A DNA stretch of 64,000 nt from an uncultured Candidatus Saccharibacteria bacterium (GCA_964387505.1 CAYLWF010000021.1:12-64011), one strand, 5' to 3'. Positions 27,094 through 37,016 are shown, numbered from the stretch's first letter. The notes: generated by a model not told the origin, from the sequence alone. A program made the numbers and translations.

Positions 27094-28199
27094 TACCGTA
27101 CCTCCAAAGTCTCTGCGGTAAATGTCAGGTTTTTCGGTTTTATGACAACTTGTTTTTCGCCTCGTTTGACGGTTCCGCCCCTGATAGCTTTCACTCCATT
27201 TTTATTTGCAAGCTCGATCACTTTGGTTGCCCCTGACTCCGGTACAAACAGCGCAAAGCCCACGCCCATGTTAAAGTTTCCGTACATCTCTGCGTCGTCG
27301 ACGCCCGATTCTTGTTGCATGAGTGCAAATTCTGGTTGTGGTTCGAGAATTGTGTCAATCTCGTAAGTGAATGCTGCATTTGCCCGCATGAGTTTTCGCC
27401 AGCCGTGACCGGTTACATTTACCATGTAGTGCGGCACGATCCCTGCCTCTAGCACGTCACGTACGAGTGAGACGTACAGGTGAGTTGGTGTTAAAATGGC
27501 CTCACCAAATAGTCGACCATTTGGTAATTTTATCTCATATAATTCCGTGTTTTTCTCGTACAAATGCCGTACAAAGGAAATGCCATTTGCGTGTATGCCA
27601 CTACTTTCTACCAGTATGATCGCATCGCCTTCAGTAAGCTTATCTCCCAGTACCAGTCGCTCTTTTGGGTTGATGATACCGACTGCCGATCCGCCGAGAT
27701 CAATTGTGTCTGGGTTGATGATGCCTTTGAGCGCTGGCGTTTCGCCGCCACCCCAGGTTGCACCGATAGTCTGGCAGGCCTGCGCCCAGCCGTTTACAAG
27801 ATCTGTTGCCCTCTCGCGGTCATTCATCCACGCACCGTCACCGAGCGCAAAGTAAGCATTGACGACTTGCGGAAGCGCTCCGACGACGATGAGATCGTTC
27901 ACGATCATGGCGACCGTATCTTGTGCGAGCGAGTCATAGTACGTCTTGCCGGTGACTGTTCGCATGGCATCGGCAACGAGATTTTTTGTGCCGAGTCCCT
28001 CTACGACGAGCGCGCGGTAAGCATCGGCTTCCTCCCAGACGTACGCAGATTCGCCCCGGCTTGCACTCAGTTCGCTCGCCCCGAAATAGTTCAAATTCGG
28101 TGCAGTTGATATTGCAGCCTTCTGTGCGAGGACTTTCACCGGATCCATCGCACTATAATCAACGCCCGTTTGCGCGTAGGTCGGTGTGGCTTTGCTCAT
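27093..28199 (-). CDS. purM: Phosphoribosylformylglycinamidine cyclo-ligase (AIR synthase)
   Basis: 368 aa with an AIRS N/C domain pattern. It lies between purE and purL, and its stop overlaps the purL start by 1 nt. Confidence 0.8.
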   Translation of the reverse strand: MSKATPTYAQTGVDYSAMDPVKVLAQKAAISTAPNLNYFGASELSASRGESAYVWEEADAYRALVVEGLGTKNLVADAMRTVTGKTYYDSLAQDTVAMIVNDLIVVGALPQVVNAYFALGDGAWMNDRERATDLVNGWAQACQTIGATWGGGETPALKGIINPDTIDLGGSAVGIINPKERLVLGDKLTEGDAIILVESSGIHANGISFVRHLYEKNTELYEIKLPNGRLFGEAILTPTHLYVSLVRDVLEAGIVPHYMVNVTGHGWRKLMRANAAFTYEIDTILEPQPEFALMQQESGVDDAEMYGNFNMGVGFALFVPESGATKVIELANKNGVKAIRGGTVKRGEKQVVIKPKNLTFTAETLEVR

Positions 28200-28717
28200 G
28201 AGGTTTTCTCCTGTAAGTATGTTTCCCAGCCTTGGGCGTGGAGTTTAGTGTCGGCGGTAAGGACAGCGTCGTGCTGGCGGGTGCGGAAGGCCGCGTACTT
28301 TTGTGTGAGTTCTGGGTTTAGGAGCGAGAGGATTTCTATGGCCAGAAGTGCGCCGTTGCGGGCGCCATTTTCGGGCATGGTTGCGAGTGGTACACCGGGC
28401 GGCATTTTTATATTGCTCCAAAAGGCTTCGTGGCCGTGGTGGTCGCGCTTGATGGGTATGGCTATAACGGGCAGTACCGTGCTGCTAGCTGTCATGCCAG
28501 GCAAATGCGCTGAACCGCCTGCCCCGGCGATGATAACCTTGAGCCCCCTCTCGGTTGCGGTTCGTGCGTACTCCTCCATGACATCTGGCGTGCGATGTGC
28601 TGAAATGACCCTCGTTTCGTAGGCCACGCCAAACTCGTCGAGCACTTTTGCAGCTTCGCTCATAACATCGAGATCGCTATCTGACCCCATTATTATTCCT
28701 ACTAACGGATTACTCAT
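28196..28717 (-). CDS. purE: N5-carboxyaminoimidazole ribonucleotide mutase
   Basis: 173 aa. Motifs are VGIIMGSDSDL and AGGSAHLPGM. Confidence 0.9.
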   Translation of the reverse strand: MSNPLVGIIMGSDSDLDVMSEAAKVLDEFGVAYETRVISAHRTPDVMEEYARTATERGLKVIIAGAGGSAHLPGMTASSTVLPVIAIPIKRDHHGHEAFWSNIKMPPGVPLATMPENGARNGALLAIEILSLLNPELTQKYAAFRTRQHDAVLTADTKLHAQGWETYLQEKTS

Positions 28718-29382
28718 GCCAGCTCCTCCAGTATGGTTAAAACTTGTTTTAAAGACGAAATAAGATGGTCGGGCTTGGTGGCAACGAGTCGGGTTCGCGA
28801 GCTAAAGCCCCCAGTTATTGCAATGGTGTGCAGACCAAGGCTGCTGCCGATAGACACTTCTTCGGCAGTGTCGCCAACGATTACTACCTCGTGTGGGGAA
28901 TAGTCACTGTCCTGCAAAAACGCCTCTAGCCGGTGTTTTTTGCCACTGTGATGTACTTGCTCTTTGTCACCATTGGCGAGTACTTCATCAAATAACTCGC
29001 TTATGTTCAATCGGCCAAGTTGGAGGTAAATGCCTTCTAAGGTGTGGTTGCTCAAAATAATAGACGATATGCCAGACTCCTTTAGGGATACAAGGAGTTT
29101 TTGCGCTCCTTCTCGTAGATGCGCATGTGCTGCAAGCGGCTCATAATGGCTGTGAAATGCATGGCTTATCTGTTCGCTTTTTTCCAGAAACTCTTCTTTA
29201 CTGACGCCCATGTTTATGTAGTTGTTGACGATAGGCACTTCAAAGACTTCACGGTATTCATCAAGGCTGACAGGGCTAAGATTTAGTAGAGGTAAAACAG
29301 CTGTATTTACGGCGTCGACGGTGATTTGAGCGTCGTCAAGCAGGGTGCCGTTCCAGTCCCAGACAACGAGCTTAATGCTCAT
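28714..29382 (-). CDS. HAD-superfamily hydrolase
   Basis: 222 aa. Motif I is VVWDWNGTLLDD (the second Asp is replaced by Asn). Motif II is ILSN and motif IV is VGDTAEE. It has 4-nt overlaps with both purK and purE. Confidence 0.7.
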   Translation of the reverse strand: MSIKLVVWDWNGTLLDDAQITVDAVNTAVLPLLNLSPVSLDEYREVFEVPIVNNYINMGVSKEEFLEKSEQISHAFHSHYEPLAAHAHLREGAQKLLVSLKESGISSIILSNHTLEGIYLQLGRLNISELFDEVLANGDKEQVHHSGKKHRLEAFLQDSDYSPHEVVIVGDTAEEVSIGSSLGLHTIAITGGFSSRTRLVATKPDHLISSLKQVLTILEELA

Positions 29383-30545
29383 ATGTCGAGGGCCTTTCGG
29401 GCGCGGCGAGCGAGTTTTTGGGCTTCTTCGACGCTGTCTGCGGTGACCGTTATATGGCCCATTTTACGGTCTACTTTGGTCGGGCTTTTGCCGTACAGGT
29501 GCAGACTTGCACCCGGGATGGCCAAAACATCAGAGGTGCCTTTTACTTTGGTTGGGCCATCGCGCTCGCCAAGAATGTTTATCATGACGGCAGCGGGTAC
29601 AACGAGACTTGTGTCTCCTAGGGGTAAACTGGCTATAGCGCGAATATGTTGTTCAAACTGACCCACTCGGCAGGCCTCAGTGGTGTAGTGACCGCTATTG
29701 TGGACGCGTGGAGCGATTTCATTCACCAGAACGTCGCCAGACTTTGTCAGGAATAGTTCTATGCCAAAGGTGCCGGCGCCGCTCAGAAGTTCAGCGACCT
29801 GCTGGGCGACGGTTTCGGCCTTTTGGATTATTTCGGCGGAAACGGGTGCTGGCACGAGCACCTCGGTGCAAATATTACGTTCGTGGACTGTCTGGACAAT
29901 GGGGTATAGAGCAACATTGCCTTGCATGTCGCGTGCGACCATAACGGCGAGCTCCCGCTCGAAATCTATGAGACCTTCAGCATAGAGTGCCTTACCGTCA
30001 AACTTTTGGAGGGCATCTGCCAGCTCCTTTTCGCTACGTACAACCATATTGCCGCGACCGTCGTAGGCGCCATGCCGTGTCTTTACTATCATCCGTCCGC
30101 CAAAATGCTGGAGGGCATCCCGGGCGGAACTCTCCCCTGTTATTTCGGCAAATGGGGCTAAGGGTACACCCCTTTCATGCAAAAATTGTTTCTGGGCGAA
30201 CTTGTCCTGAATGAGGCGGATGGTGGCTGGAGATGGGTTGATGACTGCCCCGCTCTGCTCTAGTTTGCCGAGGGCTTCGGCGTCGAGGTGTTCAATCTCT
30301 ACGGTTATGTAGTCTGCTTCTGCGGCGAGTTGTTTGAGGGCTCCTTCGTCATAAAGGTTTGCGACTATTTGGCGGGCGCCGACTTGTTCGGCTGGGCAGT
30401 GTTCGCCGGGGTCAATGACGGTGACGTTGAAGCCGAGGGGTTTGGCGGCGAGGGTGAGCATGCGGCCGAGCTGGCCGCCGCCGACAATACCAATCACAGG
30501 TGTCTTCGCCTCTCCCTGTTGCATACGTGTAATTGTACCGTACAT
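29379..30545 (-). CDS. purK: N5-carboxyaminoimidazole ribonucleotide synthase (ATP-grasp)
   Basis: 388 aa. It has IGIVGGGQLGRM and an ATP-grasp body (NEIAPRVHNSGH). Confidence 0.88.
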   Translation of the reverse strand: MYGTITRMQQGEAKTPVIGIVGGGQLGRMLTLAAKPLGFNVTVIDPGEHCPAEQVGARQIVANLYDEGALKQLAAEADYITVEIEHLDAEALGKLEQSGAVINPSPATIRLIQDKFAQKQFLHERGVPLAPFAEITGESSARDALQHFGGRMIVKTRHGAYDGRGNMVVRSEKELADALQKFDGKALYAEGLIDFERELAVMVARDMQGNVALYPIVQTVHERNICTEVLVPAPVSAEIIQKAETVAQQVAELLSGAGTFGIELFLTKSGDVLVNEIAPRVHNSGHYTTEACRVGQFEQHIRAIASLPLGDTSLVVPAAVMINILGERDGPTKVKGTSDVLAIPGASLHLYGKSPTKVDRKMGHITVTADSVEEAQKLARRARKALDI

Positions 30546-30702
30546 ATGTCCAAATTCCCATAGTATTCCATGCGTATCGCATGTTAAGCAAAAGACAAAT
30601 TGTACCTTATTAAGGACAGTGAAACCCTCGTTGAAAGCATTGTCTTAAGAGCGAGTGGCAAAAACCCTTAACTCTTGTTACGCAACTCTGTATACTGAGG
30701 GT

Positions 30703-31662
30703 ATGAGTGGAAAAATTCTTGAGGGAACGGATTTTGTGTTGCCTGATCAGCAGGCGGTGTATCACGGTAAGGTGCGCGACGTGTATGACTTTAGTGACAG
30801 GCTTGCGCTTGTTGCGAGCGACCGCTATAGCGCGTTTGACCGCATATTGGCAACGATACCAAACAAAGGAGCGTTGCTGACGGCGCTGAGTCGCTGGTGG
30901 TTTGAGCAGACGGCGTCAATCGTGCCAAACCATATCATTTCCTATCCCGACCCAAATGTCATGTTATGTCGCAAGCTGGAGCGCGTGCCCCTGGAGATGG
31001 TGGTGCGGGGGTACATAACAGGCGTGACAAACACGTCGCTGTGGCACACCTATAGTGAAGGTCAGCGCAACTACGGCACGTTTACCCTGCCCGAAGGACT
31101 GAAAAAGAACGACAAGTTGCCCGAACCAGTCCTTACCCCAACCACGAAGTTTGAAAAACATGACCGCAACCTCACCCCAGACGAAGCCGTAGCCGAAGGC
31201 CTGCTTGCCCGCGAAACGTGGGAGCAAGTGAGCAACATTGCGCTCGAACTCTTTCGTTTTGGCCAAAAAACTGCCGAAGCAAAGGGGTTGTTGCTGGTCG
31301 ACACGAAGTACGAGTTTGGGGTAGATAGCGATGGAACCATTATCCTGATAGATGAAATTCACACCCAAGATTCGTCTCGTTACTGGTTTGGTGAAACGTA
31401 TGCCGAGCGGATTGCCGCGGGTGAAGAACCGGAAAATTATGACAAAGAGTTTTTGCGCCTCTGGTACAAAGAACGCTTTGACCCGTACGCAGAAGATAGC
31501 GCCGCTCCGCCTGTGCCGGCCGAGGTGATTGCCGAGCTTGAGCGCCGCTACCGCTACGTGTACGAAACACTGAGTGGCCAGACGTTTGTGCCACTAGATA
31601 ATGGAGACATTGCGGGCAGGATTGAGAAGAATGTGTCCGAAGTTCTGAAGGAGCCAAAGTGA
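30703..31662 (+). CDS. purC: SAICAR synthase (long form)
   Basis: The track ORF starts at GTG 30655. ATG 30703 follows a GAGGG RBS. SAICAR synthase motifs are YHGKVRDVY, SDRYSAFD and LVDTKYEFG. Confidence 0.88.
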   Translation: MSGKILEGTDFVLPDQQAVYHGKVRDVYDFSDRLALVASDRYSAFDRILATIPNKGALLTALSRWWFEQTASIVPNHIISYPDPNVMLCRKLERVPLEMVVRGYITGVTNTSLWHTYSEGQRNYGTFTLPEGLKKNDKLPEPVLTPTTKFEKHDRNLTPDEAVAEGLLARETWEQVSNIALELFRFGQKTAEAKGLLLVDTKYEFGVDSDGTIILIDEIHTQDSSRYWFGETYAERIAAGEEPENYDKEFLRLWYKERFDPYAEDSAAPPVPAEVIAELERRYRYVYETLSGQTFVPLDNGDIAGRIEKNVSEVLKEPK

Positions 31663-31667
31663 GACCA

Positions 31668-31766
31668 GCTAGTGTGCAAGGTCAGACCTCGCACAAAGAA
31701 ATTATGATTTTTGCAAATCTCAAGATTTATAAAACCTTTGTGCGAGGTCTGACCTTGCACACTAGC
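31668..31766. repeat. 31-bp perfect inverted repeat with a 37-nt AT-rich spacer between purC and purB
   Basis: The arms are 31668..31698 (GCTAGTGTGCAAGGTCAGACCTCGCACAAAG) and 31736..31766 (its exact reverse complement). Confidence 0.9.
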
Positions 31767-31789
31767 ACCCCGCTGAAAGGAGTCACTCA

Positions 31790-33175
31790 ATGAGCTTGCA
31801 GCCACTTAATCTACCGGAACCAACAGAAGATAACCGCTTCAACAGTATTGACCCGCTCGACGGGCGCTACTATGACCCGGAAATTGCGCGGTACCTTTCG
31901 GAGCGCACGCGCATACTGACGCAGGCGCATGTGGAGGCAGCGCTTGCCTACGGCCTGGCAGAGTTTGGGCTGTGCAGTCAGGAAGTTGCCCAGCAGATTG
32001 ATGCGGCCAGTCGAAAAATCCGCGTCGAAGATGTGGCAGAAGAGGAGAAAACTACTCGCCACGATGTCAAAGCTATCGTGAACACCATTAAAAAAGAACT
32101 GCCCGAAACCGCCCAGCCGTATGTGCATTTTGGCGCCACGTCGTATGACATTGTGTCGACGGCCATGAGCCTGCAGCTGCGCCAGGCGGTGCGCGAGCTA
32201 GTGCTGCCCCGTCTGCAAATGCTCCAAAAAACCCTTGTTGAGCTAGCTGAACGCTACGCCGAAACAGTGCAGATTGGCCGCACGCATGGCCAGCACGCCG
32301 TACCAATCACGTTTGGCTACATGTTGGCAACGTATGTGCAGCGTCTCGGCGACAGTATGCAGCATCTCGACACGCTGGCTGGCGAACTGAAGGGCAAGTT
32401 TTCGGGTGCGGTTGGGACGTACAATGCTATTTCGGTGTTTGTGGATGACCCGCTGGCGTTCGAGAAAACAGTGCTTGGGTACGTGGGGCTCGAGCCCGCA
32501 CCTGCGGCGACGCAAATTGTCCCGGCCGAAGGCTACATACGCCTGCTCGACGAGCTGGCTATCACGGCGGGCGTCATGGCAAACCTCTCGCACGACATGC
32601 GCAACCTCCAGCGTAGCGAAATAGGCGAAGTGCGCGAACGCTTTGAACCCGGTCAGACTGGTTCCAGTACCATGGCGCACAAACGAAACCCCTGGAACTT
32701 CGAAAACATCATCGGCATGTGGAAGCAAGTGACAGCTCAAGTGGTAAATGCAAATCTGAACATATCCAGCGAGCACCAGCGCGACCTCACCGACTCTTCT
32801 TCCGCCCGTTTTTACACCATCCCCTTTGCGTCCGTCGCTGCTATGGCAAAACGCCTGAATGATGTTATGAGCAAAATAGAAGTTGACGAAGAAGCCATGC
32901 AGCGCAACTTGTACCTCACGAAAGGCGCCATTGCCGCCGAACCGCTATACCTCCTGCTCGAAAAATACGGGCACACCACCGCGCACGAAGCCTCAAAGGC
33001 ACTGGCGCACGAGGCAATGGAACGAAACGTACCCCTGTACGAAGTGGCATCCCAGGCGGAAGCCATCGCCACCTACTGGGCAAAATTCACCGACCACGAA
33101 AAAGAACTCATTCGCTCACCCGAAACCACCTACACCGGCCTCGCCGCCAAGAAAACGCGTACCATAGTGCAGTAA
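31790..33175 (+). CDS. purB: Adenylosuccinate lyase
   Basis: 461 aa. It has the fumarate-lyase signature GSSTMAHKRNP, and an AAAGGAG RBS lies upstream. Confidence 0.92.
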   Translation: MSLQPLNLPEPTEDNRFNSIDPLDGRYYDPEIARYLSERTRILTQAHVEAALAYGLAEFGLCSQEVAQQIDAASRKIRVEDVAEEEKTTRHDVKAIVNTIKKELPETAQPYVHFGATSYDIVSTAMSLQLRQAVRELVLPRLQMLQKTLVELAERYAETVQIGRTHGQHAVPITFGYMLATYVQRLGDSMQHLDTLAGELKGKFSGAVGTYNAISVFVDDPLAFEKTVLGYVGLEPAPAATQIVPAEGYIRLLDELAITAGVMANLSHDMRNLQRSEIGEVRERFEPGQTGSSTMAHKRNPWNFENIIGMWKQVTAQVVNANLNISSEHQRDLTDSSSARFYTIPFASVAAMAKRLNDVMSKIEVDEEAMQRNLYLTKGAIAAEPLYLLLEKYGHTTAHEASKALAHEAMERNVPLYEVASQAEAIATYWAKFTDHEKELIRSPETTYTGLAAKKTRTIVQ

Positions 33176-33185
33176 CGTTTAACTT

Positions 33186-34097
33186 TCAATCCTTTCGCTC
33201 TTTCGTGTCTCTCGTGATTCCATAGGTAGTTATTAGGAGTGTGAGGGCGCCGAGGGCTTGGGTGGGGGTGAGGCCTTGGTGGAGGAAGATCCAGCCGATC
33301 ACCACAGCGCTGAGTGGCCAGGCGAGTTCCAGGATGGCGGCGCGACTGGCGGCGACTCGCTGGAGGCCGTAGTAGTAAATGAGCAGTGCGACGAGCCCAG
33401 TGCTAAAGGTTATTGCGAGGAGATAGAAAAATTGCGTTTGGCTTAGCTGAGATACTGCGGCGGCAGAGCCAGAACCAAGTACGAAAAACAGCGAAATGAC
33501 TGCTGTGAGGCCAAACCGTGCAGCGGTGACATGTGGGTAAGATGTGCCTTTGAGGGCATATTTGGAAAAGGCGGTGCCCACACCCCAACTAGCAGCAGCA
33601 CCAGCAGCGTACAGGGCGGTGACCAGTGTGCCCTTCCCTGTGTCGAGATTCACGGTCATGTCGGGAAAACTAACGAGGTATGCGCCCGCAAGTGCCACGG
33701 CGCTCAGGCCCAAAAAGCGCGGACTTAGTTTTTCACGCAGCAGAACGGCCGCGGTCGCGATAGCAAAGATCGGGTTTAGCTGTTGCAAAAGTACAACAAC
33801 TGAAAAGTTTATGAAGTTAATCTGCCCCAGTGCGGCAGTATAGAGGATGGTACCGAGCGCGCCAGATAGCAGTGCCACGAGCGCCATAGCCCACCATTGT
33901 TTGCGCGTGAGCTCGCGAAACTTCGAGCGTGTAGACCACAGAAATGGCACTAGAAACACGAGTCCCAGCATGTGCTCCCAAAAAACGATTACGGATGGCG
34001 GAAGACTGTATAGGTTGCGCCGCAGCAGCCCGTCCACGCTCCATAGTAAAGCCGCGATGACTACAGCCAAAGCCCCCGCATGCGCGATTTTTTTCAT
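33186..34097 (-). CDS. EamA/DMT-family transporter
   Basis: 303 aa with ~10 TM helices and two EamA-like halves. Confidence 0.7.
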   Translation of the reverse strand: MKKIAHAGALAVVIAALLWSVDGLLRRNLYSLPPSVIVFWEHMLGLVFLVPFLWSTRSKFRELTRKQWWAMALVALLSGALGTILYTAALGQINFINFSVVVLLQQLNPIFAIATAAVLLREKLSPRFLGLSAVALAGAYLVSFPDMTVNLDTGKGTLVTALYAAGAAASWGVGTAFSKYALKGTSYPHVTAARFGLTAVISLFFVLGSGSAAAVSQLSQTQFFYLLAITFSTGLVALLIYYYGLQRVAASRAAILELAWPLSAVVIGWIFLHQGLTPTQALGALTLLITTYGITRDTKERKD

Positions 34098-34341
34098 AGA
34101 TTTCCCTTTCTACTGCCACTGGCAGTAACTCGATTGCTCGAGCTCCCGACTATACGGTCGGTGCATGAGTTTCACATGCTCATCCCGCTGGCTAGCGAGT
34201 CGACGACTATCACGTCCGATTGGCGAATTTCACGCCACCCTGGTTAGTTTGTTTACCTCTATATACTACCATATTCTGCCTGACGGCTCCGCCAGAGGGT
34301 TTATTGTAAAAAATACAAATTCTGCTATACTATTGCAAATA

Positions 34342-35508
34342 ATGCAAGCGGAGCAAATGGAACAGGTCTGTAGGCCAGAAACGGCACCCTTAGCAGAGGT
34401 GTTTCATGAGTTTTATGACCCAAACGCGTATTTTCATGGTAATGAAACTGCGCTCTTGGGCTGGCTGTACGAAAGAAGACATGATAAGCCAGTTGTCGTG
34501 CAATCGGCTGAAGGTGAACGAAGCTTGAGGGTGCGCGAGCAGTTGGCTGTCGAGCTTGGACATATGTGCTTGCTTCGTGAAGATAATCTAGGCGAATGGA
34601 CCGGACTTGGGCTTCGTGAAGAAGAGCTTCAAGCTACTCTCAGGATTGCAGAGTTTGGAGTTGCGTCTACGGTCAAAAGTGTGCTGCTGGCAGCCGCAAA
34701 CATTAAAAGGCTAAGGGGTATTAATTCTCGCATTCGAGAGCTACAAGAGCAAAAAGAGGCTGATGGTGTAGACATTATTCTGGCTGGTGCTGTTGTGGCA
34801 GCAAATGCACACAAGGATCAAAAAAGGCTGAACGGCGCCTCATTCTACACACACCCTGTTTCGGTGGCCACACTAGTGTCGATTGCCACTAGGGACGCCC
34901 CCGGCTGGAAGAAAAAAATAGGGGTTCTCAAAACGAGGCTACGGCAATACGGTGCGCTGACGCATGACGCAACGGAAGATCTGATTCCGGATGAGTTTGA
35001 AAACTGTGGTACTTCGTTTTTGCAGACGCCAAACTTGCTCGCAACACCCTTGCTGCATAAACGACTACTACAGTCCTACAGGGCATCAGAAGACGATGCT
35101 AACAATGCTGCTCGGGTAGCATATGTATTGACAAAACCTGCGGGTATAGATGGTAGGATGGAAAATACGCGGTACATGGCCCGCTTCGTAGGTGAAATTG
35201 ATGCTATTCTCATTAAACTTGCAGACATTACACATAACCTAACAATAGATCCTAAAGAAATGCCAATTGGAGATTATGACAAAATACAGATTTGGCGAAA
35301 CAAACGGAAGACGTACGAAAATAACATCACATATCTCAAGAAGCTGGTTGTGGAGGATGAGGACTCAACAAAACAAGACGTATATATTGCGTGTCAGGTT
35401 ACGGAAATACCTAAAAGAAGGCTAATATCTGTACGTTTGCGAAGAATACTAAGCCAAGTGACGAGCGAAATCGCGGTTGCTGCGTACGAAAAAGCACTCG
35501 CTGCCTAG
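34342..35508 (+). CDS. HD-domain protein with a RelA/SpoT-type (p)ppGpp-hydrolase-like domain and an unknown N-terminal region
   Basis: The track ORF starts at 34165. The AT-rich stretch 34260..34340 looks like a promoter, so ATG 34342 (MQAEQMEQV) is the likelier start. HD motifs are FYTHPVSVA, ALTHDATED and ILIKLADITHNL. No synthetase domain is present. Confidence 0.6.
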   Translation: MQAEQMEQVCRPETAPLAEVFHEFYDPNAYFHGNETALLGWLYERRHDKPVVVQSAEGERSLRVREQLAVELGHMCLLREDNLGEWTGLGLREEELQATLRIAEFGVASTVKSVLLAAANIKRLRGINSRIRELQEQKEADGVDIILAGAVVAANAHKDQKRLNGASFYTHPVSVATLVSIATRDAPGWKKKIGVLKTRLRQYGALTHDATEDLIPDEFENCGTSFLQTPNLLATPLLHKRLLQSYRASEDDANNAARVAYVLTKPAGIDGRMENTRYMARFVGEIDAILIKLADITHNLTIDPKEMPIGDYDKIQIWRNKRKTYENNITYLKKLVVEDEDSTKQDVYIACQVTEIPKRRLISVRLRRILSQVTSEIAVAAYEKALAA

Positions 35509-35560
35509 AAATCCACATCCAATTGCTCTAGACTGTAGGGAGTAACTGGAGGGAGCCTGG

Positions 35561-36376
35561 GTGAACTTTATAGAGAAGCTTGAGGCGGCTGTGGCAAAGA
35601 GCGAGTCTTTGGTATGCGTGGGGCTGGATAGTGATGTGGCGAAACTACCGGCCGGTGTTGACCAGCTGGCGTTCAATAAGGCGATGGTCGACGCGACGCA
35701 TGACCTGGTCGCGGCGTACAAACCAAACACCGCGTTTTATGAAGCAGCGGGAGCTGAAGGTGTACAAGTGCTCAAAGATACGTGCGATTACATTCGCGCA
35801 AAGGCACCGGGCGTACTTATCATCTTAGACGCAAAGCGGGCAGACATAGGCAATACAAATAGCGGCTATGTACAGTTCGCGTACGACTACCTCGAGGCTG
35901 ATGCGATTACCTTACATCCGTACTTAGGCGGCGAGGCGCTGGAGCCGTTTCTGGCTCGTGAAGACAAGGGTGCTATCGTACTATGTCGCACATCAAATGA
36001 CGGTGCGGCAGAGTTTCAGGACCAAATAGTAGGTACGAAAAAAGTGTTCGAATATGTGGCCGAAACTGTGGCGCGTGACTGGAATAAGAATAAAAATTGT
36101 ATGCTAGTGGTCGGCGCGACCTACCCCGAAGAAGCCCAGGCAATCCGTGAAGCGGTGGGTGATGATATGTGGTTTTTGGTACCAGGCGTGGGAGCACAAG
36201 GCGGCGATGTTGCGAAACTCATGGCGGCGGCGCAGAATAGTCGCGGCACTGGCCTGCTGATAAACTCATCTCGTGGCGTCATTTTTGCGAGCAATGGCCC
36301 CGACTTTGCCGAAGATGCCCGCAAAGCAACCGAAACACTCCGAAGTGAAATTAACAGCTACAGAAAGGGCAAATGA
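35561..36376 (+). CDS. pyrF: Orotidine 5'-phosphate decarboxylase (type 2)
   Basis: 271 aa with a GTG start. Motifs are VCVGLDSD and ILDAKRADIGNT. Confidence 0.88.
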   Translation: MNFIEKLEAAVAKSESLVCVGLDSDVAKLPAGVDQLAFNKAMVDATHDLVAAYKPNTAFYEAAGAEGVQVLKDTCDYIRAKAPGVLIILDAKRADIGNTNSGYVQFAYDYLEADAITLHPYLGGEALEPFLAREDKGAIVLCRTSNDGAAEFQDQIVGTKKVFEYVAETVARDWNKNKNCMLVVGATYPEEAQAIREAVGDDMWFLVPGVGAQGGDVAKLMAAAQNSRGTGLLINSSRGVIFASNGPDFAEDARKATETLRSEINSYRKGK

Positions 36377-36377
36377 G

Positions 36378-37013
36378 GTGAATGTATTAGGTGAATTAGA
36401 GAAAATTGGTGCTGTTTTTACTGATAAACATTTCGTGTACACCAGCGGCAAACACGGTAGCGGCTATATAAACATGGATATGATGTTTCCGCACACTGCT
36501 CTTGTTGCAGAGCTGTGTAAAGAACTCGCTGCGCCTTTTGCAGGTGAATTTGACACGGTTGTGGCACCTGCCACGGGTGGTATTGTTCTTGCCGTGTTAA
36601 CTGCTCGTGAAACGGGTACAAAAGGAGTGTGGGCCGACAAAGGCGGTGAGAGTGGGTTTATATTTGAACGAGCAGGCTTTGTGCAGCAAATTGCTGGAAA
36701 GCGTGTACTGGTAGTGGAAGATTTGCTTACAACCGGCGGGTCGGTAGAAAAGGTTTGTCGAGAAGTTGAAAAAGTTGGCGGTATTGTAGTTGGTGCAAGT
36801 GTGGTCTGCAATCGCGGTGGTGTTTCGGCTGAAGGCCTCAAGGTGCCACGGCTTGAAGCCTTGGCATCAGTGTCATTCGCTGCATTTGATCCTAGTGAAT
36901 GTGAGTCTTGCAAAGCGGCAGTGCCAATAGTTGAAGACATGGGCCATGGTGACGATTACAAAAAGGAGCATCCGGACTACGCCGGAGGTTATGTAAAGCT
37001 GCAGGAGGCTTGA
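36378..37013 (+). CDS. pyrE: Orotate phosphoribosyltransferase
   Basis: The track ORF 36273.. overlaps pyrF. The in-frame GTG at 36378, just after the pyrF stop, gives VNVLGELEKIGAVF... . The PRPP-binding loop is VLVVEDLLTTGGS. Confidence 0.8.
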   Translation: MNVLGELEKIGAVFTDKHFVYTSGKHGSGYINMDMMFPHTALVAELCKELAAPFAGEFDTVVAPATGGIVLAVLTARETGTKGVWADKGGESGFIFERAGFVQQIAGKRVLVVEDLLTTGGSVEKVCREVEKVGGIVVGASVVCNRGGVSAEGLKVPRLEALASVSFAAFDPSECESCKAAVPIVEDMGHGDDYKKEHPDYAGGYVKLQEA

Positions 37014-37016
37014 AAG

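Noticed and set aside
30546-30702. Possible purine, ZTP or PurR-type regulatory element in the divergent purK/purC promoter region
   Set aside because: I looked for the guanine/adenine riboswitch core and the ZTP (pfl) consensus by eye and did not find either. An Infernal scan would be needed for a definitive answer.
31554-31805. 83-aa minus-strand ORF spanning the purC-purB spacer
   Set aside because: It is generated by reading through the 31-bp inverted repeat and has no RBS or motifs. The region is better explained as a structured non-coding element.
34165-34341. N-terminal 59 codons of ORF 34165..35508
   Set aside because: This stretch spans an AT-rich promoter-like tract and has an unprotein-like sequence. 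ATG 34342 is preferred, but the true start is uncertain.
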